NCBI RefSeq assembly: GCF_009914755.1
Contig: NC_060935.1
Origin: the human T2T-CHM13v2.0 reference genome, Homo sapiens
Strand: one strand, 5' to 3'
Length of the DNA: 64,000 bases
Shown: positions 54,301-64,000 of the stretch, one piece after another
How the letters are laid out: each line of letters starts with the position of its first letter
Position numbering within the stretch: position 1 is the stretch's first letter
Program-made: the position numbers and the translations under genes
Notes under the pieces: model-generated
Told to the model about the DNA's origin: nothing
What the model saw: the letters and a program-made list of their open reading frames with translations, nothing else
The model's database searches: none

Positions 54301-57300
54301 ACACTCTTTTTGTAGAATCTGCAAGTGGATATTTGGACCACTTTGTGGCCTTCCTTCGAAACGGGTATATCTTCACATCAAACCTAGACAGAAGCATTCT
54401 CAGAATGTTTCCTGTGATGACTGCATTCAACTCACAGAGGTGAACAATCCTGCTGATGGAGCAGTTTTGAAACTCTCTTTCTTTGGATTCTGCAAGTGGA
54501 TATGTGGACCTCTGTGAAGATTTCGTTGGAAACGGGTTCAGCTTCACAGAAAAACTAAACAGGATCATTCTCAGAAACTGCTTTGTGATGTTTGTGTTCC
54601 ACTTCAAGAATTGAACTTTCCTCTTGACGGAGCAGCTCTGAAACCCTCTTTTTCTAGAATCTGCAAGTTGACATTTGGAGGGCTTTGAGGTCTGTGGTGA
54701 AAAAGGAAAATCTTCACATAAAAACTAGATGGAAGCATTCTCAGAAACTACTTTGTGATGATTGCATTCGACCCACAGAGTTGAACATTCCTATAGATAG
54801 AGCAGGTTGTAAACAATCTTTTGTAGAATCTGCGATTGGAGATTTGGACTGCTTTGAGGCCTACTGTAGTAAAGGAAATAACTTCATCTAAAAACCAAAC
54901 GGAAGCATTCACAGACAATTCTTAGTGATCATTGGATTGAACTAACAGAGCTGAACATTCCCTTAGATGGCGCAGTTTCCAAACCCACTTTCTGTAGAAT
55001 CTGCAAGTGGTTATTTGGACCTCTCTGAGGATTTCGTTGGAAACGGGATAAACTTCCCAGAACTACACGGAAGCATTCTGAGAAACTTCTTTGTGATGTT
55101 TGCATTCAACTCACAGAGTTGAACCTTGCTTTCATAGTTCAGCTTTCAAACACTCTTTTTGTAGAATCTGCAAGTGGATATTTGGACCACTTTGTGGCCT
55201 TCCTTCGAAACGGGTATATCTTCACATCAAACCTAGACAGAAGCATTCTCAGAATGTTTCCTGTGATGACTGCATTCAACTCACAGAGGTGAACAATCCT
55301 GCTGATGGAGCAGTTTTGAAACTCTCTTTCTTTGGATTCTGCAAGTGGATATGTGGACCTCTGTGAAGATTTCGTTGGAAACGGGTTCATCTTCACAGAA
55401 AAACTAAACAGGAGCATTCTCAGAAACTGCTTTGTGATGTTTGTGTTCCACTTCAAGAATTGAACTTTCCTCTTGACAGAGTAGCTCTGAAACACTCTTT
55501 TTCTAGAATCTGCAAGTGGACATTTGGAGGGCTTTGAGGCCTGTGGTGGAAAAGGAAAATCTTCACATAAAAACTAGATGGAAGCATTCTCAGAAACTAC
55601 TTTGTGATGATTGCATTCGACTCACAGAGTTCAACATTCCTATAGGGAGAGCAGGTTGTAAACAATCTTTTTGTAGGATCTGCGATTAGAGATTTGGACT
55701 GCTTTGAGGCCTACTGTAGTAAAGGAAATAACTTCATCTAAAAACCAAACGGAAGCATTCACAGACAATTCTTAGTGATCATTGGATTGAACTAACAGAG
55801 CTGAACATTCCTTTAGATGGCGCAGTTTCCAGACACACTTTCTGTAGAATCTGCAAGTGGATATTTGGACCTCTCTGAGGATTTCGTTGGAAACAGGATA
55901 AACTTCCCAGAACTACACGGAAGCATTCTGAGAAACTTCTTTGTGATGTTTGCATTCAACTCACAGAGTTGAACCTTGCTTTCATAGTTCAGCTTTCAAA
56001 CACTCTTTTTGTAGAATCTGCAAGTGGATATTTGGACCACTTTGTGGCCTTCCTTCGAAACTGGTATATCTTCACATCAAACCGAGACAGAAGCATTCTC
56101 AGAATGTTTCCTGTGATGACTGCATTCAACTCACAGAGGTGAACACTCCTGCTGATGGAGCAGTTTTGAAACTCTCTTTCTTTGGATTCTGTAAGTGGAT
56201 ATGTGGACCTCTGTGAAGATTTCGTTGGAAACGGGTTCATCTTCACAGAAAAATTAACAGGAGCATTCTCAGAAACTGCTTTGTGATGTTTGTGTTCCAC
56301 TTCAAGAATTGAACTTTCCTCTTGACAGAGCAGCTCTGCAACCCTCTTTTTCTAGAATCTGCAAGTGGACATTTGGAGGGATTTGAGGCCTGTGGTGGAA
56401 AAGGAAAATCTTCACATAAAAACTAGATGGAAGCATTCTCAGAAACTCCTTTGTGATGATTGCATTCGACTCACAGAGTTGAACATTCCTATAGATAGAG
56501 CAGGTTGTAAACAATCTTTTTGTAGAATCTGCGATTGGAGATTTGGACTGCTTTGAGGCCTACTGTAGTAAAGGAAATAACTTCATCTAAAAACCAAACG
56601 GAAGCATTCACAGACAATTGTTAGTGATCATTGCATTGAACTAACAGTGCTGAACATTCGTTTAGATGGCGCAGTTTCCAAACACACTTTCTGTAGAATC
56701 TGCAAGTGGATATTTGGACCTCTCTGAGGATTTCGTTGGAAACGGGATAAACTTCCCAGAACTACACGGAAGCATTGTGAGAAACTTCTTTGTGATGTTT
56801 GCATTCAACTCACAGAGTTGAACCTTGCTTTCATAGTTCAGCTTTCAAACACTCTTTTTGTAGAATCTGCAAGTGGATATTTGGACCAATTTGTGGTCTT
56901 CCTTCGAAACGGGTATATCTTCACATCAAACCTAGACAGAAGCATTCTCAGAATGTTTCCTTTGATGACTGCATTCAACTCACAGAGGTGAACAATCCTG
57001 CTGATGGAGCAGTTTTGAAATTCCCTTTCTTTGGATTCTGCAAGTGGATATGTGGACCTCTGTGAAGATTTCGTTGGAAACGGGTTCATCTTCACAGAAA
57101 AACTAAACAGAAGCATTCTCAGAAACTGCTTTGTGATGTTTGTGTTCCACTTCAGGAATTGAACTTTCCTCTTGACAGAGCAGCTCTGAAACCCTCTTAT
57201 TCTAGAATCTGCAAGTGGACATTTGAAGGGCTTTGAGGCCTGTGGTGGAAAAGGAAAATCTTCACATAAAAACTAGATGGAAGCATTCTCAGAAACTACT

Positions 57301-58299
57301 TTGTGATGATTGCATTCGACTCACAGAGTTGAACATTCCTATAGATAGAGCAGGTTGTAAACAATCTTTTTGTAGAATCTGCGATTGGAGATTTGGACTG
57401 CTTTGAGGCCTACTGTAGTAAAGGAAATAACTTCATCTAAAAACCAAACGGAAGCATTCACAGACAATTCTTAGTGATCATTGGATTGAACTAACAGAGC
57501 TGAACATTCCTTTAGATGGAGCAGTTTCCAAACCCACTTTCTGTAGAATCTGCAAGTGGATATTTGGACTTCTCTGAGGATTTCGTTGGAAACGGGATAA
57601 ACTTCCCAGAACTACACGGAAGCATTGTGAGAAACTTCTTTGTGATATTTGCATTCAACTCACAGAGTTGAACCTTGCTTTCATAGTTCAGCTTTCAAAC
57701 ACTCTTTTTGTAGAATCTGCAAGTGGATATTTGGACCACTTTGTGGCCTTCCTTCGAAACGGGTATATCTTCACATCAAACCTAGACAGAAGCATTCTCA
57801 GAATGTTTCCTGTGATGACTGCATTCAACTCACAGAGGTGAACAATCCTGCTGATGGAGCAGTTTTGAAACTCTCTTTCTTTGGTATCTGCAAGTGGATA
57901 TGTGGACCTCTGTGAAGATTTCGTTGGAAACGGGTTCATCCTCACAGAAAAACTAAACAGGAGCATTCTCAGAAACTGCTTTGTGATGTTTGTGTTCCAC
58001 TTCAAGAATTGAACTTTCCTCTTGACAGAGCAGCTCTGAAACCCTCTTTTTCTAGAATCTGCAAGTGGACATTTGGAGGGCTTTGAGGCCTGTGGTGGAA
58101 ATGGAAAATCTTCACATAAAAACTAGATGGAAGCATTCTCAGAAACTACTTTGTGATGATTGCATTCGACTCACAGAGTTCAACATTCCTATAGGGAGAG
58201 CAGGTTGTAAACAATCTTTTTGTAGAATCGGCGATTAGAGATTTAGACTGCTTTGAGGCCTACTGTAGTAAAGGAAATAACTTCATCTAAAAACCAAAC

Positions 58300-61200
58300 G
58301 GAAGCATTCACAGACAATTCTTAGTGATCATTGGATTGAACTAACAGAGCTGAACATTCCTTTAGATGGAGCAGTTTCCAAACCCACTTTCTGTAGAATC
58401 TGCAAGTGGATATTTGGACTTCTCTGAGGATTTCGTTGGAAACGGGATAAACTTCCCAGAACTACACGGAAGCATTGTGAGAAACTTCTTTGTGATGTTT
58501 GCATTCAACTCACAGAGTTGAACCTTGCTTTCATAGTTCAGCTTTCAAACACTCTTTTTGTAGAATCTGCAAGTGGATATTTGGACCACTTTGTGGCCTT
58601 CCTTCGAAACGGGTATATCTTCACATCAAACCTAGACAGAAGCATTCTCAGAATGTTTCCTGTGATGACTGCATTCAACTCACAGAGGTGAACAATCCTG
58701 CTGATGGAGCAGTTTTGAAACTCTCTTTCTTTGGATTCTGCAAGTGGATATGTGGACCTCTGTGAAGATTTCGTTGGAAACGGGTTCATCTTCACAGAAA
58801 AACTAAACAGGAGCATTCTCAGAAACTGCTTTGTGATGTTTGTGTTCCACTTCAAGAATTGAACTTTCCTCTTGACAGAGCAGCTCTGAAACACTCTTTT
58901 TCTAGAATCTGCAAGTGGACATTTGGAGGGCTTTGAGGCCTGTGGTGGAAAAGGAAAATCTTCACATAAAAACTAGATGGAAGCATTCTCAGAAACTACT
59001 TTGTGATGATTGCATTCGACTCACAGAGTTCAACATTCCTATAGGGAGAGCAGGTTGTAAACAATCTTTTTGTAGAATCTGCGATTAGAGATTTGGACTG
59101 CTTTGAGGCCTACTGTAGTAAAGGAAATAACTTCATCTAAAAACCAAACGGAAGCATTCACAGACAATTCTTAGTGATCATTGGATTGAACTAACAGAGC
59201 TGAACATTCCTTTAGATGGCGCAGTTTCCAGACACACTTTCTGTAGAATCTGCAAGTGGATATTTGGACCTCTCTGAGGATTTCGTTGGAAACAGGATAA
59301 ACTTCCCAGAACTACACGGAAGCATTCTGAGAAACTTCTTTGTGATGTTTGCATTCAACTCACAGAGTTGAACCTTGCTTTCATAGTTCAGCTTTCAAAC
59401 ACTCTTTTTGTAGAATCTGCAAGTGGATATTTGGACCACTTTGTGGCCTTCCTTCGAAACTGGTATATCTTCACATCAAACCGAGACAGAAGCATTCTCA
59501 GAATGTTTCCTGTGATGACTGCATTCAACTCACAGAGGTGAACAATCCTGCTGATGGAGCAGTTTTGAAACTCTCTTTCTTTGGATTCTGCAAGTGGATA
59601 TGTGGACCTCTGTGAAGATTTCGTTGGAAACGGGTTCATCTTCACAGAAAAATTAACAGGAGCATTCTCAGAAACTGCTTTGTGATGTTTGTGTTCCACT
59701 TCAAGAATTGAACTTTCCTCTTGACAGAACAGCTCTGCAACCCTCTTTTTCTAGAATCTGCAAGTGGACATTTGGAGGGCTTTGAGGCCTGTGGTGGAAA
59801 AGGAAAATCTTCACATAAAAACTAGATGGAAGCATTCTCAGAAACTCCTTTGTGATGATTGCATTCGACTCACAGAGTTGAACATTCCTATAGATAGAGC
59901 AGGTTGTAAACAATCTTTTTGTAGAATCTGCGATTGGAGATTTGGACTGCTTTGAGGCCTACTGTAGTAAAGGAAATAACTTCATCTAAAAACCAAACGG
60001 AAGCATTCACAGACAATTCTTAGTGATCATTGCATTGAACTAACAGTGCTGAACATTCGTTTAGATGGCGCAGTTTCCAAACACACTTTCTGTAGAATCT
60101 GCAAGTGGATATTTGGACCTCTCTGAGGATTTCGTTGGAAACGGGATAAACTTCCCAGAACTACACGGAAGCATTGTGAGAAACTTCTTTGTGATGTTTG
60201 CATTCAACTCACAGAGTTGAACCTTGCTTTCATAGTTCAGCTTTCAAACACTCTTTTTGTAGAATCTGCAAGTGGATATTTGGACCACTTTGTGGCCTTC
60301 CTTCGAAACGGGTATATCTTCACATCAAACCTAGACAGAAGCATTCTCAGAATGTTTCCTGTGATGACTGCATTCAACTCACAGAGGTGAACAATCCTGC
60401 TGATGGAGCAGTTTTGAAACTCTCTTTCTTTGGATTCTGCAAGTGGATATGTGGACCTCTGTGAAGATTTCGTTGGAAACGGGTTCATCTTCACAGAAAA
60501 ACTAAACAGGAGCATTCTCAGAAACTGCTTTGTGATGTTTGTGTTCCACTTCAGGAATTGAACTTTCCTCTTGAGAGAGCAGCTCTGAAACCCTCTTATT
60601 CTAGAATCTGCAAGTGGACATTTGGAGGGCTTGGAGGCCTGTGGTGGAAAAGGAAAATCTTCACATAAAAACTAGATGGAAGCATTCTCAGAAACTACTT
60701 TGTGATGATTGCATTCGACTCACAGAGTTGAACATTCCTATAGATAGAGCAGTTTGTAAACAATCTTTTTGTAGAATCTGCGATTGGAGATTTGGACTGC
60801 TTTGAGGCCTACTGTAGTAAAGGAAATAACTTCATCTAAAAACCAAACGGAAGCATTCACAGACAATTCTTAGTGATCATTGGATTGAACTAACAGAGCT
60901 GAACATTCCTTTAGATGGAGCAGTTTCCAAACCCACTTTCTGTAGAATCTGCAAGTGGATATTTGGACTTCTCTGAGGATTTCGTTGGAAACGGGATAAA
61001 CTTCCCAGAACTACACGGAAGCATTGTGAGAAACTTCTTTGTGATGTTTGCATTCAACTCACAGAGTTGAACCTTGCTTTCATAGTTCAGCTTTCAAACA
61101 CTCTTTTTGTAGAATCTGCAAGTGGATATTTGGACCACTTTGTGGCCTTCCTTCGAAACGGGTATATCTTCACATCAAACCTAGACAGAAGCATTCTCAG

Positions 61201-62200
61201 AATGTTTCCTGTGATGACTGCATTCAACTCACAGAGGTGAACAATCCTGCTGATGGAGCAGTTTTGAAACTCTCTTTCTTTGGATTCTGCAAGTGGATAT
61301 GTGGACCTCTGTGAAGATTTCGTTGGAAACGGGTTCAGCTTCACAGAAAAACTAAACAGGATCATTCTCAGAAACTGCTTTGTGATGTTTGTGTTCCACT
61401 TCAAGAATTGAACTTTCCTCTTGACGGAGCAGCTCTGAAACCCTCTTTTTCTAGAATCTGCAAGTTGACATTTGGAGGGCTTTGAGGTCTGTGGTGAAAA
61501 AGGAAAATCTTCACATAAAAACTAGATGGAAGCATTCTCAGAAACTACTTTGTGATGATTGCATTCGACCCACAGAGTTGAACATTCCTATAGATAGAGC
61601 AGGTTGTAAACAATCTTTTGTAGAATCTGCGATTGGAGATTTGGACTGCTTTGAGGCCTACTGTAGTAAAGGAAATAACTTCATCTAAAAACCAAACGGA
61701 AGCATTCACAGACAATTCTTAGTGATCATTGGATTGAACTAACAGAGCTGAACATTCCCTTAGATGGCGCAGTTTCCAAACCCACTTTCTGTAGAATCTG
61801 CAAGTGGATATTTGGACCTCTCTGAGGATTTCGTTGGAAACGGGATAAACTTCCCAGAACTACACGGAAGCATTCTGAGAAACTTCTTTGTGATGTTTGC
61901 ATTCAACTCACAGAGTTGAACCTTGCTTTCATAGTTCAGCTTTCAAACACTCTTTTTGTAGAATCTGCAAGTGGATATTTGGACCACTTTGTGGCCTTCC
62001 TTCGAAACGGGTATATCTTCACATCAAACCTAGACAGAAGCATTCTCAGAATGTTTCCTGTGATGACTGCATTCAACTCACAGAGGTGAACAATCCTGCT
62101 GATGGAGCAGTTTTGAAACTCTCTTTCTTTGGATTCTGCAAGTGGATATGTGGACCTCTGTGAAGATTTCGTTGGAAACGGGTTCATCTTCACAGAAAAA
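58300..62200 (+). repeat. Dispersed copy of the ~5-HOR block at ~51500-55400 (offset 6797 bp = 8 HORs)
   Basis: Units 51702/58499, 52552/59349, 53401/60198, 54251/61048 match, including the rare TTCAGCTTC..AGGATCATT pair seen only at ~54540 and ~61337. Confidence 0.85.
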
Positions 62201-64000
62201 CTAAACAGGAGCATTCTCAGAAACTGCTTTGTGATGTTTGTGTTCCATTTCAGGAATTGAACTTTCCTCTTGACAGAGCAGCTCTGAAACCCTCTTATTC
62301 TAGAATCTGCAAGTGGACATTTGGAGGGCTTTGAGGCCTGTGGTGGAAAAGGAAAATCTTCACATAAAAACTAGATGGAAGCATTCTCAGAAACTACTTT
62401 GTGATGATTGCATTCGACTCACAGAGTTGAACATTCCTACAGATAGAGCAGTTTGTAAACAATCTTTTTGTAGAATCTGCGATTGGAGATTTGGACTGCT
62501 TTGAGGCCTACTGTAGTAAAGGAAATAACTTCATCTAAAAACCAAACGGAAGCATTCACAGACATTTCTTAGTGATCATTGGATTGAACTAACAGAGCTG
62601 AACATTCCTTTAGATGGAGCAGTTTCCAAACCCACTTTCTGTAGAATCTGCAAGTGGATATTTGGACTTCTCTGAGGATTTCGTTGGAAACGGGATAAAC
62701 TTCCCAGAACTACACGGAAGCATTGTGAGAAACTTCTTTGTGATGTTTGCATTCAACTCACAGAGTTGAACCTTGCTTTCATAGTTCAGCTTTCAAACAC
62801 TCTTTTTGTAGAATCTGCAAGTGGATATTTGGACCACTTTGTGGCCTTCCTTCGAAACGGGTATATCTTCACATCAAACCTAGACAGAAGCATTCTCAGA
62901 ATGTTTCCTGTGATGACTGCATTCAACTCACAGAGGTGAACAATCCTGCTGATGGAGCAGTTTTGAAACTCTCTTTCTTTGGATTCTGCAAGTGGATATG
63001 TGGACCTCTGTGAAGATTTCGTTGGAAACGGGTTCATCTTCACAGAAAAACTAAACAGGAGCATTCTCAGAAACTGCTTTGTGATGTTTGTGTTCCACTT
63101 CAAGAATTGAACTTTCCTCTTTACAGAGCAGCTCTGAAACACTCTTTTTCTAGAATCTGCAAGTGGACATTTGGAGGGCTTTGAGGCCTGTGGTGGAAAA
63201 GGAAAATCTTCACATAAAAACTAGATGGAAGCATTCTCAGAAACTACTTTGTGATGATTGCATTCGACTCACAGAGTTCAACATTCCTATAGGGAGAGCA
63301 GGTTGTAAACAATCTTTTTGTAGAATCTGCGATTAGAGATTTGGACTGCTTTGAGGCCTACTGTAGTAAAGGAAATAACTTCATCTAAAAACCAAACGGA
63401 AGCATTCACAGACAATTCTTAGTGATCATTGGATTGAACTAACAGAGCTGAACATTCCTTTAGATGGCGCAGTTTCCAGACACACTTTCTGTAGAATCTG
63501 CAAGTGGATATTTGGACCTCTCTGAGGATTTCGTTGGAAACAGGATAAACTTCCCAGAACTACACGGAAGCATTCTGAGAAACTTCTTTGTGATGTTTGC
63601 ATTCAACTCACAGAGTTGAACCTTGCTTTCATAGTTCAGCTTTCAAACACTCTTTTTGTAGAATCTGCAAGTGGATATTTGGACCACTTTGTGGCCTTCC
63701 TTCGAAACTGGTATATCTTCACATCAAACCGAGACAGAAGCATTCTCAGAATGTTTCCTGTGATGACTGCATTCAACTCACAGAGGTGAACAATCCTGCT
63801 GATGGAGCAGTTTTGAAACTCTCTTTCTTTGGATTCTGCAAGTGGATATGTGGACCTCTGTGAAGATTTCGTTGGAAACGGGTTCATCTTCACAGAAAAA
63901 TTAACAGGAGCATTCTCAGAAACTGCTTTGTGATGTTTGTGTTCCACTTCAAGAATTGAACTTTCCTCTTGACAGAACAGCTCTGCAACCCTCTTTTTCT

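Larger units (their letters stand above)
1..64000 (+). repeat. D11Z1: Alpha-satellite HOR array, 5-mer (850 bp), SF3 W1-W5 type, most likely human D11Z1 (cen11); about 75 HOR copies
   Basis: ~170 bp monomers with alphoid hallmarks (CATTCTCAGAAACT..TGTGATG, TGTAGAATCTGCAAGTGGA, CENP-B boxes). The same anchor recurs every 849/850 bp from 721 to 63597 (74 intervals). TCTAGA occurs about once per HOR. An 850 bp XbaI pentamer is the established description of D11Z1. Alpha satellite is essentially certain; the chromosome call rests on recall, not a search. Confidence 0.9.

Noticed and set aside
288-63947. About 200 ORFs of 60-145 aa on both strands
   Set aside because: They are the same few frames repeated every 850 bp, mostly starting at GTG/TTG, freely broken by frameshifts and stops, with no recognisable domain. 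This is translated satellite.
1-64000. CRISPR-like or other repeat-spacer system
   Set aside because: There are no unique spacers; the sequence between conserved motifs is itself repeated every HOR, and there are no associated genes.
1-64000. Transposon insertion, inversion or truncated HOR variants
   Set aside because: The anchor phase holds at 849/850 bp throughout on one strand, leaving no room for any such event.
1-64000. Computationally modelled centromere sequence rather than a real assembly
   Set aside because: Multi-kilobase ordered sharing of rare variants is not expected from a short-range monomer model, so a long-read assembly is more likely; this cannot be proved from sequence alone.
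1-64000. Other SF3 arrays (DXZ1 12-mer, D17Z1 16-mer, chr1 11-mer)
   Set aside because: The near-identity period is five monomers (850 bp), not ~1.9-2.7 kb.

Overview
The whole 64 kb window is one uninterrupted, single-orientation primate alpha-satellite (centromeric) array of about 75 copies of an 849-850 bp five-monomer higher-order repeat (HOR). It has a B-B-B-A-A monomer order and one XbaI site per HOR, which best fits human D11Z1 (chromosome 11, suprachromosomal family 3, W1-W5 pentamer). There are no credible genes, RNA genes, transposons or CRISPR arrays; the ORF track only echoes the 850 bp period. I found no new gene system. The interesting signal is in the variants: nested super-HOR duplications (1, 2, 4 and 5 HORs, some dispersed at 8-13 HOR offsets), a left-to-right HOR-haplotype cline, recombinant HORs, a 2 kb stretch where four consecutive CENP-B boxes are each broken by a different substitution, and a short tract that looks imported from another alpha-satellite lineage. 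All counts are by eye, and duplication boundaries are approximate.
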